Assembly (NCBI RefSeq): GCF_006345805.1
Contig: NC_043015.1
Coordinates: 46,314,001 to 46,378,000 of the forward strand
DNA from: Octopus sinensis
Taxonomy: Eukaryota
DNA: 64,000 nt
Reading direction: 5' to 3'
Position 1 is the first letter of the stretch. Each line of letters starts with the position of its first letter. The notes below the pieces were generated by a model. It was not told the origin of the DNA, made no database searches, and saw nothing but the letters and a program-made list of their open reading frames with translations. Below, one piece after another: positions 1 through 48,704 of the stretch. The position numbers and the translations under genes were made by a program.

Positions 1-250
1 AGCAAAAAGCAAGGCCATGTAGGGGGACATGGAGTTATGTACAGGGAGGGTGTTCATGCAAAGTGTTCAGGCCATTTGTGATCAAGAGAGACTTTGAACC
101 GAGCGGTCGTCGGCATCTTCACTATCTCGTCCGGCAGTTTATTCCACGGATCCGCAACCCGGACGGAGAAGGCCCCTCTCCTTCGATTGAAATGAAATCG
201 TCGCAGATAGAGCTTCTCGGAGTGACCCCGCAGCCGACGCTCTGGAGTGA
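1..250 (-). mobile_element. CR1/L2-like LINE 3' fragment
   Basis: Minus frame ...AFSVRVADPWNKLPDEIVKMPTTARFKVSLDHKW, typical of a CR1-group ORF2 end. Confidence 0.6.
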
Positions 251-655
251 AGAACAGCTCTTTCTACCTGTTTGGTTGCTATTTGTGAGTGGATTTGGTG
301 GACGGAAACTGAAAGAAGCCCATCGTATATGTATGTGTGTGTGTGCGTGTGTGTGTGTATCTACGTGTGTGTGTGTTTTTGTACTTGTGTTTGTCCCTCG
401 CTACCGCTTAACAGCTGGTGTCGATGTATTTATGTCCTCCGTAACTTAGCAGTTCGGTAAAAAGAACCCGATAAAATAAGTACCAGGCTTAAAACAAAAC
501 AACAACAAAAAAAATAATAAAAATAAAAAATAAATTTTGGAGTTGATTTCATTCGACTGAAAATTCTTCAAGGCGGTGCCCCAGCATGGCCGCGGTATGG
601 TGACTGAAACAAGCAAAAGATAAAAGAGAAAAAAATGGGGAATATTTTTCTGTAC

Positions 656-35771
<35,116 letters not shown>

Positions 35772-36813
35772 TATGGGTCCTGTTGAAAAAAAAAACAAAA
35801 CAAAAACAAAAAGGATAAATGAATAATAAATAAATTAATTAATAGTTTAAAAAAAAAATTATTTTAATCTTTTTTAGTTGTTTCATTCATTTGCCTGCAG
35901 TCATGCTGGAGCAACGCCTTGAAGGGTTTTAGTCGAAGAAATTGATCAAGTTTATACTCTTTTACTCTTTTACTTGTTTCAGTCATTTGACTGTGGCCAT
36001 GCTGGAGCATTGCCTTTAGTCGAGAAAATCGACCCAGGACTTATTCTTTGTAAGCCTAGTACTTATTCTATCGGACTCTTTTGCCGAACTGCTAAGTTAC
36101 GGGGACGTAAACACACCAGCATCGGTTGTCAAGCGATGTTGGGAGGGGGGGGGGCAAACACAGACACACAAACATATACAAACACACATACACACATATA
36201 TACATATACATATATACGACGGGCTTCTTTCAGTTTCCGTCTATCAAATCCACTCACAAGGCTTTGGTCGACCCGAGGCTATAGTAGAAGACACTTGCTC
36301 AAAGTGCCACGCAGTGGGACTGGACCCGAAACCATGTGGTTGGTAAACAAGCTACTTACCACACAGCTACTCCTTTATTAATTTTTTTTAAAGTCTAGTA
36401 CTTTTGTCGAACGGCTAAGTTACAGGAACGTAAACTAACAACCAACACTAGTAGCCATGTGATGGGGGAGGGGGAAATTACAGAAACGCATATGTGGTTA
36501 GAAAAATACAAGAGAAAGAGGACATCTATAGACCATTGGTAAGGGGTTTGCAAGTCCAGTACCCAAGATACTCTTTCAACTTCATACCCATTATTATTGG
36601 AGCAACAGGATTCATACCGACCCGTCTGGAGCAAAGTATGGTCGAACTTGGAATCTTGAGGAGATAATGCAAATCCTCAATTCGTAAGCTACAAACGATC
36701 ATGATATCTGGGACTATAAAAATCTGTAAGACCTTCCTAAGATTTAAAGAATGGTGGTTGAACCATGATACTTTCCTTCACAACCTTGCCACCAAGTCGT
36801 TGGCCGGTTAAAA

Positions 36814-37205
36814 TCTCTCTCTATATAAAGTTGAAGTTGTCTGCGTATGGCAGGCTTGGTAGCCTTCAACTAACACTATCTCCTCCGAGACACTGCGGCG
36901 CAAGTTGACCAAAATTGAGAGTATGATAGAAGAAGGCTTGCTCTTCCTTCCGTAGAAGAAAAAATTCAAATCGGACCATGTTAACACCAAAAATTATTTA
37001 TATCAAAAAGGTGCTATTTTTCTGTGAAAATCCCTATTTTTTACGATATTTTGACAGCTATATCGCCATTTTTTTGGTGTATTTCAACCAGAAAAATGTT
37101 CTCTTAAAGAAAATAACAAGCTACATAATGCGAAGTTTTTACTTTTCAAAAATTCCAATTGCAAAGGTCGAAACAAACCCGAGCAACGCCGGGCGATACT
37201 GTTAG
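36814..37205 (+). mobile_element. Non-autonomous Helitron (family 1), second copy
   Basis: Collinear with 27123-27517; same 3' hairpin, TTAG end. Confidence 0.8.
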
Positions 37206-37277
37206 TATACTATAAATTTAAAAAAGAAAGAATAGACATACATATATATATGTGTGTGTGTATGTGTATGTGTATAG

Positions 37278-37325
<48 letters not shown>

Positions 37326-37957
37326 ATGTGTATGTGTGTGTGTGTGTGAATTGAGGTGACGTTGTACACGGGGCAACCTTGATTTAAATTTACGACACAA
37401 AATCACTAATTTAAAAGGGAATGTTAAAATTTATAATGTCATTTAAGCAAGCAACATCAAAACAAAAAGATAGTCCTAAAATGTCTAGGAAGTAAGTGGA
37501 CGTTCGGTGGTTTATTCAGGTTTTAATCAAACTTTTACAACCAAAGGAAGCTGTGAGAAGAGTAATTCTGACAAAGGGCCCCTGTCTGATTGACAGTTGC
37601 AATAAAGCAGCAGGTAATTGAAATGTAACCGAAACACCAGCTGAATGCACGGATAATATAAATAAATGACTGTTACGTAAAGTAGAAAGTAAGCGGCACT
37701 CGACAAAGGTAGCTGTCGTGAGACATTGTTGTATTATTACATTATATGTAATAAATGGACGTTGCGATTCATAGTTGCTTATTAGATTGGGTAAGATCCT
37801 TTAACTCTGTTTATCTAAGAAAGCTTCGTAGTTAAATGTAGGATATTTTATGCAATCTTACTCAAGCTATTGTTTTGGTAAGAACGACCAATACTCGAAG
37901 ACAACGCATTTGGAATGCAATTATTTCGAGAGCCATTATTAATCAGATCTAGAAGAT

Positions 37958-38335
37958 GGCGAGCTGGCAAAATCGTTATCACGCCGCCACGTTCTGAGTT
38001 CAAATTCCGCCGACGTCGACTTTACTTTTCATCCTTTCGGGGTCGATTAGATAAGTACCAGTTACGCACTGGGGTTGATATAATCGACTTAATCCGTTTG
38101 TCTTCTCTATGTTTAGTCCCTTGTGGGTAGTAAAGAAATAGGTATTTCGTCTGCCACTACGTTCTGAGTTCAAATTCCATCGAGGTCGACTTTGCCTTTC
38201 ATCCTTTCGGGGTCGATAAATTAAGTACCAGTTACGCACTGGGGTCGATATAATCGACTTAATCCGTTTGTCTTCTCTATGTTTAGCCCCTTGTGGGTAG
38301 TAAAGAAATAGGTATTTCGTCAGCCGTTACGTTCT
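37958..38335 (+). mobile_element. SINE S1 dimer plus the start of a third unit
   Basis: gttct starts at 37991, 38161 and 38331 (170-bp period). Confidence 0.85.
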
Positions 38336-39396
38336 ATTTCTATTCCTGAGCGCCATACTAATACATTTGTTTGTTTGTACTCCACCTGCCTTCATCTTTT
38401 GTTTATTTTCGTAAACCTTCCCATACATACATACATACATACATACATACATACATACATACATACATACATACATACATACATGCATACATACATACAT
38501 ACATACATACATACATACATACATACAACATACATACATACATACATACATGCATACATACTACATACATACATAAATACATACTACATAAATACATACA
38601 TACATACATACATACATACATGCATACATACATACATAAATACATACATACATGCTACTACATACATAAATACATACATCATACATCATGCATACATACA
38701 TACATACATACTACATACATGCATACATAAATAATACATACATAAATACATACATACATACATAATACATACTACATGCATACATACATACATGCATACA
38801 TACATACATGCATACATACATACATGCATACATACATACACACACACATACATACATACATAATACTACATACATACATACATACATACATACATACATA
38901 CATGCATACATACATACATAAATACATACATACATGCATACATACATACACATGTATACAAATTCTCTCACCAGGCATTAGTCGATCTGGAGCTATTGTA
39001 GAAGACATTTGTCCAAGACGCCGCACCGTAGGACAGAACTCGAACGTCATAACTACACAATCATGCCTGCATCTATAGTTTATCGTTCATGGTTTCTTGC
39101 AGGACCATATAGATTCGATCAATAATGCTTTCAAATGTTGGCCGAAGACCAGTGATTTCGGGTAAGCTTTGAGTGACGAAACGGATTATGATCCATCCTG
39201 AGCATTAGTCACATTTTTTTTTCTTTCACTTGTTTCAGTCATTTGACTGCGGCCATGCTGGAGCACCGCCTTATTCTTTGTAAGCCCAGTACTTATTCTA
39301 TCGGTCTCTTTTGCCGAACCGCTAAGTGATGGGGACGTAAACACACCAGCATCAGTTGTCAAGCAATGCTAGGGGGACAAACACAGACACACAAAC

Positions 39397-39427
<31 letters not shown>

Positions 39428-39816
39428 CATATATACGACAGGCTTCTTTAAGTTTCCGTCTACCAAATCCCCTCACAAGGCATTGGTCGGCCCGGGGCTA
39501 TAGCAGAAGGCACTTGCCCAAGATGCCACGCAGTGGGACTGAACTCGGAACCATGTGGTTGGTTAGCAAGCTACTTACCACACAACCACTCCTGAGCCTA
39601 TATCTTTTACCTTTTACCCGCTTCAGTCATTGGACTGCGGCCATCCTCAAAGGATGAAAGGATAAGTTGACCTCGGCTGGTGCTAAACTCAGAACGTAAT
39701 TAACCGGAGTAAAAATATCTCAAGTCATTTTTTCCAACGATCAAACGATTGTAGGTATTAAGACCAATTGGTTTCTCTGCAATGAACTTTGAGCAATTAA
39801 AAATATTTTATTTTTG

Positions 39817-39862
<46 letters not shown>

Positions 39863-39867
39863 CCTTT

Positions 39868-39898
<31 letters not shown>

Positions 39899-40355
39899 TT
39901 TCTTCTTTCCTTTTTTTCTTTCTTTCTTTCTTTCTTAGTTCATGAACTATAATATTTCAGATCTACTTGTGACATTTTATTAAAAATTAACACAAGTAGT
40001 AGAGGTATGCCAAAAATTGTTAAGATTAGTTAAGAGAGTTATAGCTGACATTTTGAAATTCTGTCACATCGTTGCAAAATTCTGACCCCTCACCCAGTCA
40101 ACTTTCTTTATACACATTTATTGTTGCTTCGTTAAGCTGATAGTCTATAAAAATAGAAAACGAAGCCTTTATTAGCAACGTAGAAGGAGAGACAAACTAT
40201 TTCATTTTCTTACTTCCGTTTGTTTCGTTTCGATGAAACAATTTTGATCGTGGGATAAGGCGGTGGATGAGTCGGCAGAATCGTTAGCACGCCGGGCGAA
40301 ATGCTTATCGGATAGAGTACTTTTTGTGGATCTTACTTTAACGCAAACGTTTACT

Positions 40356-40404
<49 letters not shown>

Positions 40405-41507
40405 GATATATATATATATATATATATCTTATTATAATCTTATAAAAGGCAGATTTTATCTGCCTCCCTTTGTAATTTATAGAAATCTACAATATAGGAT
40501 TTCTTCAATTACAATTTACCTAGCATTTTTAAGAGTAGAATGCATCGGTCATGCCAGGTCCGGTTTTTTAAAATTTCAACCCCAATTAAGCAAAATTTAG
40601 AGGAAAAACTCACATTTTGGTGTATATGTCAAATGTTTTTCTTAATGTGGGATACACCACACGCAAACGCACACACCACAAAGGGAGCGACTGTTTCACT
40701 GACGCTATCACCTCTCCTCCTTTGTCTTTGCAAGTTTGCAGCTATTAAGGTGAAAAACAGTGGAATCGACAGCGATTAAGAAAATGAATTGGTACCTGAA
40801 TGGAGTGAAAATTAAAAAAACTGTTTCTTTCGGTGATTTTTCTGAGAACTGCACCAAACAAGCCACAGACTTCCCAGAAGAGTATAAAGCCTTAAACTAT
40901 TTCTTTTTTTACTTTTCGAATGAGCCTATTTGAAATCATTACGTTAACGTAAACAAAGCGAAAGAAAGAGAAGGATAGTTTGTTATTTCCCACAACCTTA
41001 AATTAAAATTAAGGCCTATTTTGCCATAAAATATTATTATGGGTATCAGAAAGTACCCAGAATAACAAATTCTATCGTAAAATTTTTTGTATACCCAATT
41101 GAATATTAGCTAATAACCCAGTTTCTATAGCAATTTTTGAACAAAATTTAATAATTTTATATATTGTTGAATTTACCTGTATCTACCTGCAATTAGAGTC
41201 ACTTTGTGACAAAAATTATAGTGTAGAATTGGTTGAGAATATTTCATTAAATTATCTTCCAAAAATCAGATTAATATTGATAAATAAAAAAGTTATAGTT
41301 GTTTAATGAAACCAGACTAAATTTATGATTACGTTAGAAATTAATGAAAACACATAAGGGGTGTAATTTGGTCAGAAATATAGTAACGAAAGGGTTAAGA
41401 AAAAACCAAAAAATATTTTATTCTTTATAAATGTTGTATTCAAAATAACATTTTCTTTTAAGAATGTGTATATAACAAAGTATGTGTATATAACTACGTG
41501 ACTTATA

Positions 41508-41896
41508 TCTTTATATATAAGAGTGAAGTTTGTGTGTCTGTCTCTACGATTTAGATTCGTAACGACTCCCACATTGCGGTGCAGTGTAACCAAAACCGGG
41601 TATCTTATAGTCGTGATTCATATCGAGCCCTTTGGGGGTATTAGCGCGCGTCTACGATGAGTCTACGATTAAAAAAATTTACATCATATTTTTCCATTTT
41701 AATGCATTTTTTGGCTATATGTAAGGGAAGTAACTCTCTAAAATATCTACGATGTGTCAACGATTTAAAAAGAAATTTACCTTAATTTTTTTCCATTTTA
41801 ATGCATTTTTTTCTATTTTTTGGGCTATAACTCTCTAAAAATGCTTATATAGTTATTTCCCTTACAAACCCGAGCAACGCCGGGCGATACTGCTAG
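41508..41896 (+). mobile_element. Non-autonomous Helitron (family 2)
   Basis: TC start, same 3' hairpin plus CTAG, AT target; 3' fragment of the same family at about 1905-2035. Confidence 0.75.
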
Positions 41897-42176
41897 TTAT
41901 ATATATATAGTAAACGTTTGCGTTAAGGTAAGATCCACAAAAAAGTACTCTATCCGATAAGCATTTATATATATATATATAACTGGTGTTGGTTTGTTTA
42001 CGTCCCAGTATCTTAACAGTTCGGCAAAACAGGAGCGATAGAAGTATTACAAGACTTTTTGGATATTTTCGGTTTAAACGGCAGTTTTTAAAAAATAATT
42101 TCCACGTAACTAAACACTTTTAAACTTCGTATATATATATATATTATATATTATATATATATAATATATATATATA

Positions 42177-42214
<38 letters not shown>

Positions 42215-42262
42215 TTGGCGCAGAAGTGGCTGTGTGGTAAGAAGCCCGTCTGTATAAAATAT

Positions 42263-42324
<62 letters not shown>

Positions 42325-43837
42325 ATATAGTGTATAATATACGTGTATATATAATGTATGTATATGTATGTATATGTTTGTGTCTGTGTTTGTTCCCAAC
42401 ATCGCTTGACAACTGAAGCTGGTGTGTTTACGTTCCCATAACTTAGTGGTTCGGCAAAGAGACCGATAAAATAAGTACTAGGCTTACAAAGAATAAGTCT
42501 TGGGGTCGATTTGCACGACTAAAGGCGATGCTCCAGCATGGCCGCAGACTGAAACAAGTAAAAGAGTAAAAGGGTATATATATATATATAATGTTAATCC
42601 AAATAAGAAAGCACAAAAAAACACAACACGAGGACGTGGAACAAATATAGTATTATTGGACGCTCAGGAAAGAAGGAAAGAAGGAGGGTTTAACTTTTCC
42701 AGCGGAGCTCTTCGTCGGAAACATAGGAGAAGGAAAGATCCAGAGAAGGGAAGACAGAGGAAAAAAAATCGCCAACGGTACACACGAGGTCACATAAACG
42801 TTTGCGTTAAGGTAAGATCCACAAAAATGTATATAACATATATATATATATGCTAATATATATGAATATGTGAATATATATAATGTATATATATATGTGA
42901 ATGCATGTGTATATATATTATATACATGCATACGTACATACATACATACATACATACATGCATACACACACACATATACATACACGCAATAACGGCGTAT
43001 AATGCACTTGATGTTCTCTCATTCAACTTCAGTCTACCGACAATTCCAAGCAACAAACCAATCAGTCAGCCACCCAATAAGCCGACCAGCCACCCAGCTA
43101 CCCAGCCACCCAGCAACCCAGCCACCCAGCTACCTAGCCAACCAACCAACCAACCAACCAACCAACCAACCAACCAACCAACCAACCAGCCAGCCAGCCA
43201 GCCAGCCAACCAACAAACAACCGGGCAACAATATAACGCAATCAGCCGCATAGATTACTAGATTATTTATGTATCTAAAGTAATAAATAACCAAAGCTTT
43301 CTGCAAAGTAACAGACCTAATCATAAAGTGTCTGAAAATGGATGCTTTTTTTAAAAAACAAAACAAAACAAATAAAAAACAAAAACAAAAACATTAAGAA
43401 TTTCTATTATAGCACCGAGGCAAAAATAAAATAAATAAAAATAAAAAAATAAAAACAAGAATAAATAATGTGTTCATGATGGTTAATTATTTACTTATAG
43501 TTTTTTTTAATTTTTACCTTAACTTAATTGGTTGGTGTTTGGATAGAAATAGAGACATCGGCGGCTGTTTAATTAAAGGATAAAATATCTACGTTCACGA
43601 TACGAATAATATTTTTTATCCTTCTTTTTCAAACTGTACAACATAAACAAGGCGACTAAAACGTAATTTTAAAACCATTTAAAACCACGCCGTAACTGAT
43701 ATCATTGATTAAGACGTCGTCCGGGATCATGACGACGATTATTCACTGTCTTTCATTTTTAAATGCTATCGATCGTTTTTTCCTTTATCTTTTATTTTCC
43801 ACTTGTTTCAATCATTGAATTGCGGCCATCGGTTCCT

Positions 43838-44153
43838 GGTAAGGCCACCCAAGGCGGATTGGTCTGACACCAAGTGGTATTAGGGCCACAACCCGGCAGA
43901 CGGGGCTCTGGTGAAAATCCTCGGAGTGTCTGCTTCGACAACCGGCGGCTCCTCGGTCGTTCTGTCCCTGCGTCTGCGGACAATCTGCGGCAAACAGGAT
44001 GTCTCTACATACGGGATTGTTGGGGACCGTTTGTCAAATCCACATATTCCTACGAAACTTCTTCCATCGCCATGGTTCGAGATGCCTCGAGGGTGGTAGA
44101 AGAAGCCGACTCAACCCGCCCAGGGTGAATGTCGCCACAAGTACAAGTAAGTA
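43838..44153 (+). mobile_element. RTE-like LINE 3' end inserted into a SINE tail
   Basis: GC-rich block ending ...VVEEADSTRPG* ...caagtacaagtaagta; it interrupts tgcggccat / ccaccttgaagggtttt. Confidence 0.5.
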
Positions 44154-44993
44154 CCACCTTGAAGGGTTTTAGTCGGGCAATAAGTCGGGCAGTACTTATC
44201 ATTTAAAAAAAAAAGTCTTGTAATACTTCTATCGCCTCTGTTTTGCCGAACTGTTAAGTTACTGGGACGTAAACAAACCAACACCAGTTATTAAGTGGTG
44301 TAGGGCATGCGAGCACAAACACAAAGACACGCATGTGAAGGCGAGTGGCTTAGTGGTTAGAGTAATCGGCTCACGATCGTTATAGGTATAAATTAAAATT
44401 TACACCTGTGTAGAGAAATCGTGGTATTCGACGTAATACAAGATGCTTTTCGAGAAAACCGGTTCCGAAAAGTGACGTATATTTGCCATGTAAATATGGC
44501 TAACCCCTAAGGGTGGATGCTACTGTAGTTTATAGCCCCAGGAGGACACCTCCTCCAGCTGGCTTTAGACACACTTTCTGTGCCCTATCAGTATTTGCAA
44601 AGGGAAGCCATCCTTCCCGTCTTCAACTTATGATACACTCGGACTCGAGTTTCTGGGTATTGACCCGTCATCGGCGTGTGACAATTACAGTTGTCGTTGA
44701 AAAGTAGGTTCCCTTCGCAAATACTTATCCCTTTTCCAGTATCGTAAAGACACTGATATCAAAAAGGTGTAGTTCCGAATAGCAAAATTAAAACCAGAAA
44801 TATGATTATAAAAGCGCAAAATTGTTAACCGAGCAGCTATCTTTTTTTTTGTCCACATATATGCACACATATACATAAGAACGTATGTTCATCTTTCTGT
44901 CTATTGGCCTGGCTGCCTGCTTGTCTTCTCGCCTGCTTATCTATCTGTCTGTTTGTCTGTATGTATGTATAGAAGGATATAAATATATATATA

Positions 44994-45363
44994 CTAGCAG
45001 TATCGCCCGGCGTTGCTCGGGTTTGTAAGGGAAATAACTATAAAGCATTTTTAGAGAGTTATAGCCAAAAAATGTGAAAAAAAATGATGTGGTAAATTTT
45101 TTTTTAGTTAAAAAGGTCGAGTTGCGTCCCCTAGACAGTCTGTTTGTGTTTCTGATTCTCGACCCCATGTCGAATTTATCGATTTTTTTTCAGAAATGGG
45201 GGAACTTTCAAAATTTCGCTGCGTTAGTTTTGAATTATGACATTGGGCTATGTGTGTGTCAAGTTTCATCAGAATCGGTTGAAAGCCGTGGTCAGGGTGA
45301 GGGTACAACCTAACAGACACACAGAAACACACACAGACAAACTGCCGTTTATATATAGAGAGA
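44994..45363 (-). mobile_element. Non-autonomous Helitron (family 3)
   Basis: Reverse-strand CTAG end plus hairpin; 5' part shared with 52799-53301. Confidence 0.75.
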
Positions 45364-46063
45364 TATATATGTATGTGTCCATGTATATTGGGGTCACTTG
45401 AATTCTCATTACCTCCCTTCTGTTTTTCTTCTCATGTTTCCGTTTACAAAGAGAAGTGAAGAGACTTAGAAAAACATTTCAAACAGATCCAAATACAACA
45501 AGCCCATCGAAGACTTCATCCTCTCCACTTACGGACAACAAACAGTTCAAAGAATGTGCATGTAACCCACGCAATTTTCTGAGCACCTCCAGAAAAAATG
45601 ACCTAAGCCATTGTGTTGTAGAATTCTTATGACACGATTGTCAGATATATTTTCCGGGAATCCATCCATCCATCCCTCCATCCCTCCATCCGGCTTCAGT
45701 CCCACTGCGTGGCATCTTGGGCAAGTGTCTTCTGCTATAGTCCCGGGCCGACCAATGCCTTGTGAGTTTATTTGGTAGACGGAAACTGAAAGAAGCCTGT
45801 CGTATACATGTATATATATATGTATGTGTGTGTGTGTGTGTGTGTTTGTGTGTCTGTGTTTGTCCCCCTGGCATTGCTTGACAACCGATGCTGGTGTGTT
45901 TACGTCCCCGTCACTTAGCGGTTCGGCAAAAGAGACCGATAGAATAAGTACTGGGCTTACTTATAGAGTAAGTCCCGGGGTCGATTTTCTCGACTAAAGG
46001 CGGTGCTCCAGCATGGCCGCAGTCAAATGACTGAAACAAGTAAAAGATTAAAAGAGTAAAGAG

Positions 46064-46102
<39 letters not shown>

Positions 46103-46269
46103 GTACATATGTATGTATGTATGTATGTACATATATGTGATCATAATCATATTATTGTCGACATAGGGACATAGCTTAGGTCTTTCGTATATACATTTAT
46201 CTGTAAAGCCATTCATTCATCTCTTTATTTTTAATTTAATTTTATTTTATTCGAAGTCTTTGCTTGCAA

Positions 46270-46880
46270 AATCCAGCTCTTATCTTTTCATGGAGGACAG
46301 GCGATCGATATATTCATCATCATTGTTTCGACCGTGGTCGAGACAAGGAATTTACTATGTTACGCCCAGACTTCACGGTCCATCATAGCATACGGAGGGT
46401 CCTGTTGCTGGATGCCTGTATCCCTGGAGATTACATCAGGGTAGGAGAGTGTGCGCCCCTTGGTATTGCGAGTAGATGGCTTCCTGAGGGAGAGAGTAGA
46501 AAGTATTCTTTTTTCAGCTCTTACAACAATGTCCAGCAAACTGGACTCTCCTACCTTTCACAAGAGATGACACAGGGTTGTAGTTTCCCTTATATTTGCA
46601 TTTTGGTGGATGGCGCTTCCATGAGAGATTTTGAGCTTTCATAAGGAGGCGAGTGTAGGTTCCATCCAACCGCCTCTCAAGCTTCTTTGATAACGTCCAG
46701 GTTTCTGAGCCATATAGTAGAATTGGTAGCGACTGTGGCTTTGAAGATTTCAAGTTTGAAGTCTTACTTAGATTTGAGGACCAGATCTTATGCATGTCAT
46801 TGACAGGCTGACCAGGCATACCCTTCTAGTTAGAACGTCTTTTCCAGATGATGATATGTATGACCCAAGATATTATAATC
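46270..46880 (-). mobile_element. RTE-clade LINE 3' fragment
   Basis: PILLYGSETWTLSKKLERRLDGTYTRLLMKAQNLSW...RRVQFAGHC. Confidence 0.85.
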
Positions 46881-47089
46881 AGAAACCATATTTAAAGGCG
46901 ACTGTGAGAGTATGGATGATGCAATCAATAGTGGACAAGCACTTGTTTATGTATTCCAGTTTATATTAAAGACAACCATGTGCCAACCGCTCCGCCCCCA
47001 CCTTCTTTCACCGTCCTCTCCACCCGCCGTAACGATCGTCACCAGCAACGGCGTCAAGAACAGTAATAACGTCAGTAAAATTTATAGTT

Positions 47090-47101
47090 ACTAATTATGA
47101 T

Positions 47102-47188
<87 letters not shown>

Positions 47189-47310
47189 AATAATAATAAT
47201 GATGATGATGATGATGATGGTGATAATAATAATAATAATGATGATGATGATAATAATAATAATAATAATGATAATAATAATAATAAAATAATAATAATAA
47301 TAATAATATA

Positions 47311-47354
<44 letters not shown>

Positions 47355-47522
47355 AATAATAACTAATGATGATGATGATGATGATGGGGATAATAATAAT
47401 AATGATGATGATGATAATAATAATAATAATAATATAAATAACTCTAATAATAATAATAATAATGATGATGATGATGATGATGAGATGATGATGATGATGA
47501 TGATGATGATGATAATTAAATA

Positions 47523-47566
<44 letters not shown>

Positions 47567-47654
47567 TAATAATAATGATGATGATGATGATGATGATGAT
47601 GATTGATGATGATAATATAAAATAATAATAATATATAATAATATAATAATGATA

Positions 47655-47717
<63 letters not shown>

Positions 47718-47719
47718 AA

Positions 47720-47763
<44 letters not shown>

Positions 47764-47788
47764 TAATAATGATAATGATGATGATGAT

Positions 47789-47828
<40 letters not shown>

Positions 47829-47845
47829 TAATAATGATAATTTCA
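47090..47845. repeat. (AAT)n/(GAT)n compound microsatellite (also 59740-60265, 60620-61260, and (CTA)n at 50890-51660)
   Basis: Direct inspection; explains the poly-I/M/Y/T ORFs. Confidence 0.98.
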
Positions 47846-48284
47846 TTTTTGGCTATATAATACTCGTATTGTGTGTCAAAGGTTACGCTGTTAGTTGGTT
47901 CAACTGTGATGCGTGACTGGCTTTTTGACATTTCATGCATAAATTCAAAATACGAGTTTTCTTTCTGCTTTTTAATTCGCTTTCCTTAATTTTGTTTTTC
48001 AGGGGTTGGTGTGAAGGGTGGTGTTGGGATGGTTTGGGGGTGGGGGTGTATGGGGGGGATGTAATATAAAGACTGGTTTAGGATTTAAGAATGACTTAGG
48101 AGATTAAAGATGGACCATCATCGTCATCATCATCATCATCATCATTATACTCATCGTTGTAACCACCGCCCTCTGCAGGTTGAATATTCTGCTCTTACCA
48201 AGCGATCTAAGTACTTTAGCTTCCCTTTTAAAATCTCCTGTTGAAATGACGTATATATATATATACATATATATATATATACAT

Positions 48285-48342
<58 letters not shown>

Positions 48343-48386
48343 GTATGTATGTAGATGTATGTATGAAGACAAAGGCAATTATGTAT

Positions 48387-48434
<48 letters not shown>

Positions 48435-48595
48435 GTATGTATATGTATATATAAAGACAAAGGCAATTATGTATATATATACATAATTTCCGGTATCGGC
48501 CAGCGACAGATTAGAATGCGTGTTTGAATGTTGGAAGAAGTATGTTTCTTCTCCTCTCTTACTTTATTTATATTTATATATATATATATATATAT

Positions 48596-48704
<109 letters not shown>

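Noticed and set aside
63-449. 128-aa plus-strand ORF
   Set aside because: Antisense of a CR1 fragment running into a SINE and (TG)n.
35772-35798. ORF-track extension MFFFSTGPI upstream of the NHE ATG
   Set aside because: Starts at a TTG inside the polypyrimidine tract of the acceptor; intronic.
41383-41399. piggyBac-like right end (gtaacgaaagggTTAA; similar at 3966-3983)
   Set aside because: No matching left TIR found, so element boundaries cannot be supported.
45520-45640. Minus-strand donor-like cc|gtaagt as the missing NHE 5' UTR exon
   Set aside because: Such hexamers are expected several times by chance in 28 kb; no independent support.
47097-47846. 247-aa poly-Ile/Tyr/His ORF and similar ORFs at 59650-60930 and 50820-51730
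   Set aside because: Trinucleotide microsatellites.
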